64,000 bases of DNA from Azolla caroliniana (GCA_043228905.1 JBHGNT010000008.1:1798001-1862000); one strand, 5' to 3'. Positions 38,990 to 52,968 are shown, numbered from the stretch's first letter. Translations and numbers: made by a program. Notes: a model not told the origin generated them from the sequence alone.

Positions 38990-41900
38990 GTTTGAGCCGA
39001 AATCCCACATTTTTTTTCTCAAGTATCTAGTGAAGTTTTCCTGTCACAATGGAGACCGTTAGTAAACAAGAGTATATGTGTATTCTCTCAGAACATGAAC
39101 TCCTAACAACAAAATTTGTAGCACTGGAACAAGAGAATCAAAAACTTCTTGGCGACTTGCAACGAGTGTTGAAAAGGCACAACAACATGAGGAACTCTCG
39201 AAACGTGTCCAACAACTTGAAGCTATTGTGTTATCTCTTCGACAACAAGCTTCAATCTCTCAAAGTTTGTTGAAGGAACCCAAAATTAGTTTACCAACAA
39301 AGTTTGATGATACAAGGTCTCAATTCTGAGGATTCTTAAATCAGGTACGCCTTATAATTTATATGCATCCCAACCGATATCCAACTGACGCAACTCGAGT
39401 GGGGTTAGTTGGAACATTATTGACAGGAACCGCACTAGCATGGTTTGCACCATTCTAGAGAAGAAATCCCCATTACTAGAAAACTTTGATACCTTTATCA
39501 ACGAATTCCAAGCTAGTTTTGGAGATACTGATAATGTAAGAACAACAATAAATAAGATACGTAGGTTGCGCCAAGGGGATCGGCTAGTCTCAGCTTACGC
39601 AGCTGATTTTCGCCTTCTTGCTTGTGATATCCCTTGGGATGAAGCGGCCTTGATGGATTTGTTTCGACATGGCTTGCGTAATGATGTTAAAGACTTGCTC
39701 TTAACATTTCATGATGAACCTAAATCACTGACAAAAGCTACTAGCCACGCAATTTGATGTGACAATCGTTTGTTCGAAAGACATTCTAAGCACCAACAAA
39801 CGTCGACATGCCTTAGATCTGAGCAAACATATGCTTCAACATTAGCCTCACTACCTTTAGGACCAATGCAAGTTCCTAATCCTAATTCTTTTAATGGACC
39901 TACTCCAATGGAGATTGATGCAACCCATCATCGAGGTTCTTTGTCTGAAGCCGAGAAACAACGACGTCGAGCAAATCAACTTTGCCTATATTGTGGTGGT
40001 CCAGGACATATAGCAATACATTGTCCACATGGACCTAAGACACAATTAAAGCAAGTAAGTGTTGTTGAGAATTTTGATTCACATTCTCTAGTCAAAGCCA
40101 ATAAACCAAGAACTCTTGTCAACGGCCCTCAGTCCAATAGTTTTGATGTTCTAAGCCAACTAGATGAGTTGTTAAACGAGTAAGTCCAGCCAAAATCAGA
40201 GCCATTTGGTTAGACCAACCAAAGCATATAGAACTTGTTCCGATCTTAGGATCCATTTCATCAAACCGACTAAGTGAAGTTTTCACGGCACAAGTTCAAC
40301 TCAACACATCAAGATGTCATCAAGTTCTTGCATCTGCGCTCTTGGATTCAGGAGCCAACTCATGTTTCATGGATGAGGATTTTGCCACAACACAAGAAAT
40401 TCTACTCTATAAGCTTCCTCGTCTAGCATCGGTAGCAGTATTGATGGACGTTCTATTGCATCGAGAGATATTACTAAGAATCAGAGCCTATTCATGTAGT
40501 TCTTGGTAATTTAGCTACTGGCATATCTTTTAATATCATAAGCAGTCTCGAACATCCAATTGTTCTTGGGTTGTCGTGGTTTGAACTTCATAATCCAAAG
40601 ACTGATTGGAAGAAGCGTGAAATCATAGGCTCACGAGACAACAACAATTCAAGGCTCATCACCACATCAACCTCAAAGCTAACACCAAGACATATATCAA
40701 CTATCTCTCTCCAAAGATTACGTGAAGAAGCTAGAGTAGAAGCATGTTATTGTTTGCAGTGGTCATAAACCTGTTTTCAAACCCACAAGATTCTGATGTC
40801 CATTTACCATCAAAGTATCAAGAATTGTCCGATGTGTTTGATAAGGTAAAGGCCATATCATTGTCCCATTGATTTGCATTCCGAGAAGGAACCACCATGG
40901 GGACCAATTTATAACCTTTCGCCATCAGAATTGAAAGTTCTTCGAGCATATATTGATGAGAATCTTGCAAATGGCTTTATTCGACATTCTCAATCACTTG
41001 CTGGTGCTCCTATTTTTTTCGTTAAGAAGAAAGATGGCTCTTGAGGTTTGGTTGTAAATTATCGAGGCATGAACAAGGTTATGGTCCGAAATCGATATGC
41101 TCTCCCGTTGATTCCAAATCTCTTGGAATGTCTCAATGGGTCCAAATACTTCACAAGGCTAGACTTACGAGGAGCTTACAACCTTGTTTGCATTCAAGTT
41201 GGTGATGAATGGAAAACTGCTTTTCGCACGCGATATGGTCACTTCGAGTACTGTAACACAGTAATGTCATTCGGTCATACAAATGCTCCAACATTCTTTC
41301 AACATATGGCCAATGATATCTTTCGATATTTCCTTGATATCTTCATGATCATTTATTTGGATGACATATTAATCTACTCAAAGACACAAGAGGACCACGA
41401 TAACCATGTTCGACAAGTTCTACAACGATTACGGGAATTTGGTGTTTATGCCAAACTAGAGAAGTGTTGCTTTGACTACAATGAAGTGGAATTTCTAGGA
41501 TATGTGGTCTCTCCGGAAGGTATTTCTATGGATCCAAAGAAAGTACAAACTATTCTAGATTGGAAGACACCAGGCTCAGTATGTTAGTGCAATGTTTCTT
41601 AGGATTTGCAAATTTCTACCGCAAATTCATCAAGAGCTACTCACAAGTTGTTTTGCCCCTCATAGAACTAACACAAAAGAACCGAACATTTGTATGGTCG
41701 TCAAGCGCAGACAAGGAATTTGATAGCTTGAAGCAAGCATTTGAATTTGCTCCCATTTTGGTCCATGTTGACCTCAAAAAGTTGTTTATCATAGAAGTAG
41801 ATGCATCCAATTTTGCACTACGAAGTGTTTTGTTGCAAATAGCGCATGATGAGAAATTGCATCCAGTTGCATTTCATTCAAGAAAATTTCTACCTCATCG

Positions 41901-44093
41901 CAACCCCTCGACATCCGATTCTGTTGGGGCTATCTTGGCTGGAGACATACAATCCTAAGGTGGATTGGTGTAACCACTCCATCACTTTTCCAATAAGGCC
42001 AATTCCTGCTAGGTCATGACACTCTCTTGATTCCCTTGTGGTCGAGTCCAGTTTGGTCACTACACTAGCCGTTGTGTTAGGGGACGTCACCATTCCTGTC
42101 AACAATTTACCCGTCCAATATAGCGACTTTTCCGACATCTTCAAAAAGCAGAATGCCGATCCGTTACCGGCTCATCGCCCCTAAGATTGCCCAATCGAAC
42201 TCCAAGCTTGTAGAAATCAATTATGAAATCCATGACAAAGAATTGCTAGCAATTGTTGATTCTTTCGAACAATGGTGTCACTTCTTGGAAGGTTCTCCCC
42301 ACCAAATTATTGTTTACAATGATCATAAAAACCTCACATACTTTCAAAATGCTCGAGTCCTAAATCGACAACAAGCTCGGTGGGCACAATTTTTGACGCG
42401 GTTCAACTTTGTGATAACATATCGACCAGGAAACCAACAAGGTAAAGCTGACGCCTTATCACGACGCTCTTATTTTGCACCAAAACCGGGGGACCCAACT
42501 TATGACCATCAAGAACAAGTCCTTTTGAGCCTGAGTCATCTATGATTAATGGTGACAAATGTTTCTGAGACAACTTTAGATTCAAAATTTCTAGATTCTA
42601 TTCGCGCGAGCAATGGTTCAGATGATTTTGCACAAGATATTTTAGACCACATTGTTTTAGATCGTGCTTCTTGTTCACGCTCCAAGTTTTCCTGCATGTA
42701 CTATGGGAACTTTAGTTGGCATGATGGGTTGTTGTTTCGGAACAACCGTACTTATATTCCCAATGGACCTTCTCGACTCGAAGTCTTGCAGCACTGCTAT
42801 GATTCACCATTAGCTGGACATTTCGAAGTTTTGAAAACATTGGAGCTAGTTACCCAAAATTACTGGTGGCCTCAAGTTCGTCAATTTGTCATAGACTATG
42901 TTTCTACTTGTGATGTATGTTGTCAATCAAAGATGCCACGACATCGGCCATATGGTTTGTTGCACCCATTGCCTATTCCAAATGGTCCGTGCAAATCCAT
43001 TTCAATCGATTTCATCACAGATCTCCCATCTTCCCAAGATTATGATGCTATTCTTACATTGGTGGATCGCTTTACGAAAATGGCACACTTTCTTCCATGT
43101 AGGAAAGCTTTTTCTAGTTAAGAAACGACAAATCTTGTTATGTGAGAAGTTTTCAAGCATCATGGCCTTCCAGATGAAATTATTAGTGATCGTGGGCCAT
43201 AATTTATTGCGAAGTTTTGGACACACTTGAAATCCTTAGAATTTCTCGAAACTATCTTCAAGCTACCATCCTCAAATCGATGGTCAAACAGAATGCACGA
43301 ATCAAACGTTAGAACAATATCTCCGTTGCCTTATCAATTATCAACAAGATGATTGGGTGGATTTCTTACATAGGCGAATTTGCTTACAATAATTCGATCC
43401 ATTCTTCTACGGGATTCACTCCATTCTTTGCAAACACCGGATATCATCCTCGTTGGATGATTCTCGAATATCCAAAAGTCTCAAACAATCCCGATGTCAA
43501 AGATAGTTTAGAACAACTCAAAGAAGTTAAAGCCAACATTTCCGATAATTTGCTTCATACTCAAGCTAAGTACAAGAAGGTGGCAGATAAGCATCGCTTA
43601 GATTCTACACTTGAGGACCATAAGTTTAAAGTTGGTAATCAGGTGTGGTTAAAATGACGTACTATGAAAACTACTAGGCCATGTGACAAATTGGATTTCC
43701 AACATGTAGGTCCATTTGTAATCTCTCATCAAGTCAATGAGGTTGCATTTCGTCTAGACTTGCCTTCACATATGTGTCTTCATCCAGTGTTTCATGTTTC
43801 ACTATTAGAACCATGGACATCAAGTTCTATCCCAAGTCAGGTTGTTCCACCACCACCTCCACTTCAACTTGGGAAAGGACCAGAATATGAAGTAGAAGCT
43901 ATTTTGGACTCCAAGGTTATACAGAATAAGTTATATTATTTGGTAAATTGGCTTGGATTGAACATGGGAACCCGTAGCAAATTTCACTAATGCCTCTGAA
44001 CTTATATAGGAGTTTCATCGTCGTTATCCCCATTAACCAAAACCTAGTTCATGCATTGCGACTCATGGAACTCGTCGTCAAAGGAGGGGATGA

Positions 44094-44502
44094 TGTCACA
44101 AAATGCCAATATCAAAATTTGAAACCTATAGACAAGGGTCTCACACTCTAACCAATACACCAACTAAGTTTTATTAATAAATATATTTTCATATTATTAT
44201 TATTCAAGTATTATCGGCACAAGACATAATAGATGATCGCCAAATGGCATGCATGGATGTATGCCAAGTGGCACACATCATGTATGCCAAATGGCCATCA
44301 TGCACAATCCTACGTACACTATATAAGTGGAAGATCTTCTTAGTGTTGAACCATTCCGGTTCAACACCAGTCTTCAGCAACCTTATTATCTTTGTTTTCG
44401 ACAATAGAAATTCTTGTCTTGTTATCTTGTAAGTGTCTTCTCGTTTGTTATTATCTTCTTTTCTTCCAAATCAACATCGTCTTCAAAGCTTGGGTCATGA
44501 CA
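44094..44502 (+). repeat. 3' LTR of chromovirus
   Basis: TGTCA...TGACA after PPT AAAGGAGGGGA. Confidence 0.93.
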
Positions 44503-45114
44503 GTTATAACACAAACTTCGAACACCAATGAACCACTTGCATATGATGAAAACAATTCAGATTCTAAGTTTGTTGAGATTCAAGACATGCATGGATGCTT
44601 AAAGGAAGAAGATGTGATTATTCCAGAACTCTTGAAACATATTGTTGATTGTGAACTCATGCTCAATTCAATCACAACAACAACTTATTTGAGTTCCGAA
44701 AAAGCAAATCAAGTACAATCAGCTTTATCAAGTGCTCGTCGAATCATTCAAGAAACAAATTTTGCCATTGTTTCTAAGCATATCCCTAAAAGTAGGCAAA
44801 TGACCTTACATGATTTTGGTATGAAGTAGAGAAAGACTGAAAATCATATTTTTATTAATCATTTTGCTTTTTTCTAAATGTTTGGAACAAATTTCTATTT
44901 GGTTTGATGTAATTTTATCCTGAAACAATGGAATTTCTTTGATCTGGATTTTGGCCTCTAAAAAAAGCTCACTTAATAGAATGGTACACATAAGTGGACA
45001 CACACTTATGTTAACTACACACATTGTGGTTTATCAATTAAGAATATGTTCACCATAAGGTATCTTTTTGTGCCACATACTTCTTTGCATTATCGATATA
45101 CTTCTTGTTCTCTT

Positions 45115-45643
45115 GTAAAAACAGAGATTTTAGTACAATTCGAGTTCATGTTTAAAAAAGCTCTATTATTTGAAAAAAAAAGAACATTTATTAACATAAA
45201 CTCATACATTGTATCGAGTTGATGTAAAAAGCCGTGTTTTCATCATAATGTGATACAATGTATCAAATTCATGTTCAGAATTTTTTTGCCCGGATTTAAA
45301 AATAAATAAATAAAAATTTTGAGCTTGAGTTAGTTTTCATCACAATTCAATACAATGAAACAAGTTCATGTTTTAAGTAATTTTTTCATTTTTATTATAA
45401 TTTTTTTTTAATTTTTAATTTTTTTTTTGAGATAGGAAATCAAAACTTTAAATATGAATTCAATATTTGTATCGAATTGTGAGGAAAACTTTAGTTTTTT
45501 CATCACTTCAAGCTCTAGAAAACAACAAAATAAATAAATAAATAAAAACAGTTTAAACATGAACTCGATACATGTTGAAAAATAAGCTTTTCAACACGAA
45601 CCCGATACATTCTATCGAATTGTATTACAAAGTCTCTGTTTTA
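45115..45643. mobile_element. Foldback/MITE-like element with terminal inverted repeats and internal AACATGAACTCGATAC repeats
   Basis: GTAAAAACAGAGA.TTT.GTACAATTCGA (45115) is inverted at ~45615-45643; the motif recurs in both orientations. Confidence 0.6.
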
Positions 45644-47299
45644 CTATTAAAATTATCGAGTTCTTGAATAAATTGTATATTTTCACAAATTATCTCTATT
45701 TTTGTAATGAATTTCTTTCTTTTTTTCAAAGATTTTTCATTAGAGAAATTGCTTGATTGGAGTTTTTTTACTTCATTATTTAGTGTTTTTTTTACATAAG
45801 ATTTAACAAAAATTCATTAATTTTTTACAATATTTTGCATCTACCTGTCTCTTTTCGGCATTTAGAGACCTTTTCTAGAGTTAATATGTCTTTAAACATA
45901 TAAGTTGTTAGAAATTACTTATTGGTTCATATAATTGAGTTTCTCTATATTTTTCGATCTTGCGCCTACAAGGTCAACTAAAAATCAGGATGAAAGTACG
46001 GTCAAGAATAATCGAGGCTCACCTTTAGAATCTATTCAACGTGAGAAAGCCACGTATAGTTAGAGATTAAAGAAATATTGTTCAACAATGATATACCAAG
46101 ATAGTGAAGTAAGAAACTTAGAGAAGTTAAAGTTTTTCTTGATTTTCCTACATCATTACTTGCACATCTTTAAAGAGTGCGTAAATAAAAGGGGTACCAT
46201 TTAAAGAAAGCATATGGTGTAGAAGATGGTGGCACTTTTAAGAAATTTAGCCACAAAGAGGATATCACCCGGCATTTATACTATACTGTTTATTGTGGTT
46301 TGTGGCTGAGATGATACACATATTGCCAAAGAAGGAATACATATTATTGATTGTTGGCATCCATACGGATTTTGTATGGTTGTATCAACATACGATGATG
46401 AACCATTTATGTTTTAAAAACTTGAGAAGATGGTGAAAGATTTCGCACACACAATATCCTTATGGAGAATTTTATAGCATGGACCAAGAATACTCTATAT
46501 CATAGGCCTTGAGATCTGATTTCCATGGGATAGAAAACCTTGCTTAGTAAGGAATATATTATCTTACATGGAGAGTTTTGATTTTCCCATCAATACATTC
46601 TACTTAATATTGATATTTGTCATTTGAAATGTTCTCCAATGAAGGAGATTGGCTACTAGATGTGTTCTCCGACTCGGGTAAATTATTATAACTTTGTTTG
46701 CTATGCCTTTAGAAATCAATAGAGTTTATGTTTAGCTAAAGCTATCTTCATTTTAAATTGTCAATGTGTACTACATGTACATCTACATTGAAGCTATTAA
46801 GAAATATTGTTGCGCTTAAAAAGGATGATGAGCAACTGAGTTTCATTAACATGAGGATTAAAGCCTTAACATTTTCAATCTGCATCCCATGAACCTATTC
46901 CTCCATCTAGTTGGTGAACCTAGGGAGCTAATTGATTTTGTCAACGAGCTATTTGAGAACCCTATCATTGCTAGCCTATGTGGAGTAGATACTACTGCAC
47001 AAATTTTGTAGGGGAGTTCTCAAAAGGAAGAAGAGGAGAGCAGTGTGGATACCTTGATAACTATGTGATATATTCAAATTGATATATTAATGTTCACATC
47101 TGAGTTTGACAGTTTTGACAGTTTATGAATATTATTTTCTACATTTTTGAAGTTGTAAATTTATCAAAACTATTTATGAATATTGTCTACATTTCTTGCA
47201 TGTTGATGAGCGCTAAATTTATAGATGATGACACTAAGGATTACAGTGTTACCTCTTATACTTAAAACATTTTCAAGTCTAACAATAGATGTCACTTCC

Positions 47300-47633
47300 A
47301 CTTCTAGAACCTACATCTCCTTGACAAGATGGGGAAACCATTAATCTTAACTCCATTGGATTGTCCATGACAAAGACCCCACAACTTTTGAGGAAGCAGT
47401 CAACATTGTACTCTAGTACCATAGGACTTCCAAGAAAGACCACAATAAACCTAAGTTCGCCAAAACTCCAAATGTCAAGTTCATTGGGAAACGTACGAAC
47501 TCTAGTTATACTCTTGACCGTGACTCAAAGAAACCAAACCTCTTCAAAGTAACGTATTGCAGATGTCATTTTAGGATACCCTTGGATTTTAATAAAAACC
47601 CTTTTTTGTCCATTGATTGGATTAATCACTTAA
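47300..47633 (+). mobile_element. Gypsy relic D, gag/protease half (opposite orientation to 32110-35745)
   Basis: DVILGYPW...SIDWINH joins in frame, via TTAA, to LITFELDNSKH on the minus strand at 35745. Confidence 0.65.
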
Positions 47634-50600
47634 AACACGTTCGTGTTCACAAATGGAAGGATCACACATTCCACTTATAGATTCCTTTTATAATCTTGCG
47701 ATTTTAGGTGGTTTTCAGAAACTTGATACACCAATATCACATGTTTTAAATAGCATATAGAATTTGCTAATTTTTTGAGATTTAACAAGTGTCAAAATTA
47801 TAATTGCTTAAATTGAATAGTTTTTCAATAAATGTTTAAAGGTTAACGAACTACAGATATCAAATGTAGTTAGCTTAAACAAAATCACAATGGTAATCGC
47901 CATTGGGAATACCATTTAAAAAACATGCGACAACCCATTTCTCACCCATGACTCCCGATTTTTGGATTTGGGTCTAAGCATGATGCACATAATCCTCGAC
48001 AACAACGTGATCAAGTGTTGCGCTTGTTCGGTTTGAGAAAGTGGTTGCAAGAACTGTTTCTTGAAAACATCGACGAAACCTTCCCAACTTGTGGGTAAAT
48101 TCTTTGCAGTCCATAGGCCACGCCACCAGGCAGCAGCTTGGCCACCTAACTCACGACCGACATAACCAATGTTTACAGCATCCGGCTTGGGATGAAGCTC
48201 AAAGTGAGACGCCCAACGACCAACCCAAATGTTAATGGCCTCCTCGGTTCTTTCTTTCTTATCTCCCTTAAATGGCATGAACCTTCTTTCGTGGACTCAA
48301 TAGTCAATTCTTGGAATTTCTTTTCCAAACCCATATTGGCTTGCCTCGTTTCGGCCAATTATTTCAAGGTAGTTGTGAGCAATTGCTTAACAATGATCTC
48401 AGCTTGTGTGCGAGATGCGGATTGGAGTTAAAAGGCCTCGGTCAGAGCTACCGCTCTAACAGTGTTCAAAACTTCTTCCATGATGCCAGCTATGTGTACG
48501 CAATATAAATAAGGACGTTTAGAAAATATGCAAGCAAAATGAATGCTTAAAATTTTAATTGGAAGAACTTTATCCAAGAAAGCATGCCACATCTTAACCC
48601 CTCTAGACATATGAGATGTAATTCGAGATCCGATAACTATGGTAACACTATGGAGTTTTAAAACCCATGGAGGAAAACATAGCTAAGATTTTTTTCTCGA
48701 ATCTCTATCTTGAATAATCATGGCGGCTCCCCAAGGGCCAACCATGGTTCTACCATCAATGTAATTTCCTAGTTAGCCTTATATTTAAATGCCAACCCAA
48801 CATGTATTGATATGGTTGAGAAAGTGTATTATGTGCAAAAACAACAACACTCGCAAGTAATATTCTAGTCTTGTGAGTAGCAAATTGTTATGACAAAAAA
48901 GATAAAAATAAGTCACTACCTATAAGAGTTAGGAAGTGATGAAAACATGGTTCAAAAAACCATATGTTACCTACTAAAAAAAATGCCACAAATAAATGGA
49001 TGGTGCGAGGTATGCACATATCCATCCCAATATGGTGATTGTAATTTGCACAATTGTGACATAAACCACACATTCATACAAATGGTGTTGGTGTTGTGCG
49101 CAAAGATGTCGTACTCAAATCTATAAGGAAAATATCAATATGGGAACTCATGTGTTTTTAATCGAGTTCTAAGGCTCAATTACATGAGTTAAACCTAGAG
49201 GACTCTTTGGAAAAAGTATTTAAAAAGCAACATGATGCCCACTCAATACGAAAACAATAGTCTACACAAAATCCTTAGCCAATAGGGAAACACACGTAAA
49301 TAGTGTAGATGAACATAAAAATTAAGGGTAAAAAACCAATGAAGTGTAGGTGGGTAGATGACAATCATAAGAAAATCTTAAGAAAGGCAAAAGACAAATT
49401 GTGTAATTAGAAAATATTTTGGATAATAATCAAATAGGTGTATGAAACATTAAGCATTGCCTTAAGGTAAGAAACCCTAGGGTAGTTGACATGCACGTCC
49501 TCAAGACCACAACATCCCATAGAATCAGCTAAGTGATGGCTCAAGAGAGAGTAGAGTAGCATAGGTAGGCAACATACACCTCGTCAAGACCACCACATCC
49601 CATTAAATCGGCCAAGTGATAGCTCAAGAGAGAATAAAGTGGCATCAGGAGGTGACAAACACTTCGTCAAGACCACAACATCCCATAAAATCGGCCAAGT
49701 GATGGCTCAATAGAGAGTAGAGTGATTGAGATTAAATTCATCCTAAGACTTAACATTGTCATTGTAGGCTTTGAAGCACTTAACAACTACTTCCACCCAC
49801 ATCACTAGCAATAGGGTAGATGACAATTTGGTCCTGCACCACCACCACGATAAGGAGACCTATAACACCAACCAAGAATAAGATGTGCCCTTGGTGCTAC
49901 ACACCTCAAACTAACACAATTGTCACAACCCATACCTCATTGGCATCTCCAAAGTCAAGAATCAACCATTGTAAATTGTGCAACACCCATTATGGCTCTA
50001 CTAGAACTTAAGCATATGAAAGGAGTACATAGGCTTCTTACCAAGTTCTTCAAAGAAAAATCAAGCATCCTTTGAAACCTAAAGCTATTCCAATGCTTGG
50101 AGTTTCCGTTTTCTACAACATTATCATGTTATTATATTGATGGGAACCTATTTCTCATTATGTTCTATTTTCATGCTTACATACCATGGAGTACATGCAT
50201 CGAGGACAATTAGAGTCTAGGTACATGTTCTATTTTCAAAAAGGTCATGTCTATGAGGAATGTTAAGAGATTGACCCTTCAAATATTCTAGCAAGGGTAA
50301 CTATTTTTTAATGTGTAAATGGTTGGCACATAACTAGTAAATCATATCCTATAAGAGAGAGAAGTCAATCGATGCCATAAAAGTATGTGCCACCAAAATA
50401 GTGCCTAAGATCATCGGTGCTCATTTTAAATATGCCGAATGTGTAAGGCATCACCACATTACACTAGGCTCAAAGTCATAAGGTACCCCATGAATATATC
50501 TTTGTTATAATTTCAAAGTTTGATATCACAAAATGTCTTTGCTAACATTATCCCGTGAGATATCATTAAAGAGATGAAATACCCCACAATGTTGTAACAA

Positions 50601-51857
50601 CTTGGACAAGGCATGATTACCTTGTCGTCCCTCAAAAGGTTACAAGCACTCTTATGACCATTGGCGATGTCCTCAATATTGCAATAAGGATCAAGTAACG
50701 TTTTTATAATGGTTCACTTATGAGCCTTCATTAGATGTGTCATCTTTGTATATTGATGAACCACCAATTTCAAGATAGAATCAAAACACAAGGTGGGAAA
50801 TCCCATCGCCTAGTTCTTAACCGTATGTGTTGAGAAGGTATGATGATGTATTCTACCTTCTCGCTTGGTTATCTCTTCAAAGTTGCCACTAATCCATTGA
50901 CAAGTACACATTCATTTTAAAACTCGAGATTTCTCAAGGATTGGGTATATTATGATCTTTTGAAGATTCCCTACATGGATCTCAAAGTTAATTTCCATTG
51001 CAAAGAACCCAAAAATTGAAAAACCATAGGACATGATTGATTATCTTTAACAACCTAGAACATGAAAACTTGGTTGACACGCCAACTTCCAAAACGGTTT
51101 TGCAATGTTGATAACGACTTATTAGAGCCTTCAAGAGGTTTCTTTTGATTCCATGATAAAATCTTCTTTCAATATAAAACTAACAAGCAAGACAACCAAG
51201 GATAGCATAGCCTTCCACGAAGACGCTATATAGATTTCAATATAACAACAATCATTCGCTCACTTAGGTATCTACTACTCTTGATAATATTTGAGCCCCA
51301 TGGAAACATCATCTTTGCATATACAATAAATGCTAGAATCCCAACTTTTGATCAAAAGAAAATTTGGTTCTTTAATGCTGCATATGCGATTGATACAGCT
51401 CCTCAGCTCTTGGAAATATGCTCAATCTCAGTCTCACCATTCTCATTTTCAATTTTGAATGGATGGTCGTGGCCGTAGTTTTACAGAATAACTTATCATG
51501 TGGTTAAGATCCTTTTTTAGGTCTTGCTAATCATAAATCCATCTTTTACAACATGATCTTTATACACAAAAAGAACAAATGATATCATCTTAAAACAAAA
51601 TCATACAGATAATCAATCACAAGGACACTCTTTACACGAAATAACAAACAATATTTCATTAGAATGAAATGATGAAGATCATCAGAAGAAAGTATATGAG
51701 GAGACTGAAGTGAATCCTCTGGATATGTCAATCCTTATTGTTATATACAAAGAGAGGACACTCTTTATTGTATTTGAAATCTATTGTGCACACCAATTGA
51801 AAAGAAACTTAGCATAGTACATAGGACGCTTATCATAAAAGATTAGTTTGTAGCCCC

Positions 51858-52072
51858 TTAGCATCGGCAAGGATTGCATGAGCAGCTGCTTCCACAGCTG
51901 CACCCATGCTGGCTCGTGGCCTGAGCATCGGATTCACATCTGCAAGAGCTTCCACACCCGCAGTTGGATCCACACCCGCAAGACTCACCGGAGACGATCA
52001 CCTCCACCTCCAACTCCATCCTACTTCATCCATGTTTGCTTAAAAATCTTAGAACCTTTGGCAAAAATATCT

Positions 52073-52106
<34 letters not shown>

Positions 52107-52804
52107 AAATGTGTCTGTTGCTTATTTTACATTAAGTATGAAGACATGGCTACGATGATGATTGTCCCATATTGGCCTCGCCATCACGTCATACATATAG
52201 AATACATGGCGACAATCTTGTCCCATATTGACCTCACCATCATATCAACACACAAATACATACATACATACATACATACATACATACATACATACATACA
52301 TAAGACATGGCTCTTGCAACATGACGTATTCATTACATAGAAGCTATGTAATGAATCGATGCATCTTTTTGTGTGGTAGAACCATAAGGATGTAAAATAA
52401 AAGCAAAAGAGGAAGGTAAAATAGACCAGAGGAAAAGTTTTGGAAAGGCTCATCCATGATTCTTGCATATATATGAAGCATTTTCCATGTGACAGAAACA
52501 GTAGGAGGTTAAAAACAAATTAATCAGGAATATGGAAGCCTTTTCATGTGGCAAATCCAACAACATGTCAAAGAAAAGGTATTTAAGGCAAGAAGCAAAA
52601 GAATTGGAAACCTTTTTCCCAAATCAATTGTAAAAAAGCACCAAAAAAGCAGAAAAAAAAGAAAAAAAAAATAGCAACAAAAGCGAGCATGGAACCATTT
52701 TCATGTGGCAATAGGATGCAAAAACAAAAGCAAAACAAATAAACAGGGGGAAGTCAGGTGAAGAAGCTCTAACATCACCTGGATACACTGTCACTGGAAG
52801 ACAT
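51858..52804 (-). CDS. MT: Metallothionein, 62 aa; exons 52779-52804 and 51858-52020
   Basis: MSSSDSVSRMELEVEVIVSGESCGCGSNCGCGSSCRCESDAQATSQHGCSCGSSCSCNPCRC*; phase-2 GT..AG intron 52021-52778; all 12 cluster Cys conserved. Confidence 0.9.
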
Positions 52805-52968
52805 GGTGGTATTGCTTTGTTTCTGATTAGAAATGTATGAGTTTGTTTTGATTGAAAGGAAGGATATGGATGTGTCTTAGATATGTCTTTTTGCTCTGTT
52901 CTTGTCTGTGTCTCTGTTTTTGTCTTTGGTAAATGATAATGGAGACCTTGGTGCTACCTTTTGGTGCC

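Larger units (their letters stand above)
38577..44502 (+). mobile_element. Chromovirus (Tcn1-like Ty3/gypsy), full length but decayed, TSD GTTAT
   Basis: LTRs 38577-38989 and 44094-44502; GTTAT at 38572-38576 and 44503-44507; gag PMEID, CLYCGGPGHIAIHC; LLDSGA; RT YLDD; RNase H; integrase; chromodomain EYEVEAILDS..YYLVNW; PPT 44080-44090. Confidence 0.95.
36952..44829 (+). pseudogene. pogo/Tigger-like transposase (CENP-B-type HTH plus DDE_1), interrupted by a chromovirus at 38577-44502
   Basis: RLNEEQRLQIL..GRQFGVSESAIRSLIKKKDEI; GKYPELEERLYSWI; VYNMDE.G; LLILDNAPAH; QPMDMGII..LK; C-terminal RQMTLHDF. Confidence 0.9.

Noticed and set aside
45950-47100. Exon-like coding fragments
   Set aside because: No recognisable motif or consistent frame; cannot assign without a search.
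51878-52135. Plus-strand His/Cys/Pro-rich 85-aa ORF
   Set aside because: Antisense shadow of MT exon 2; interrupted by stops in copy 1.
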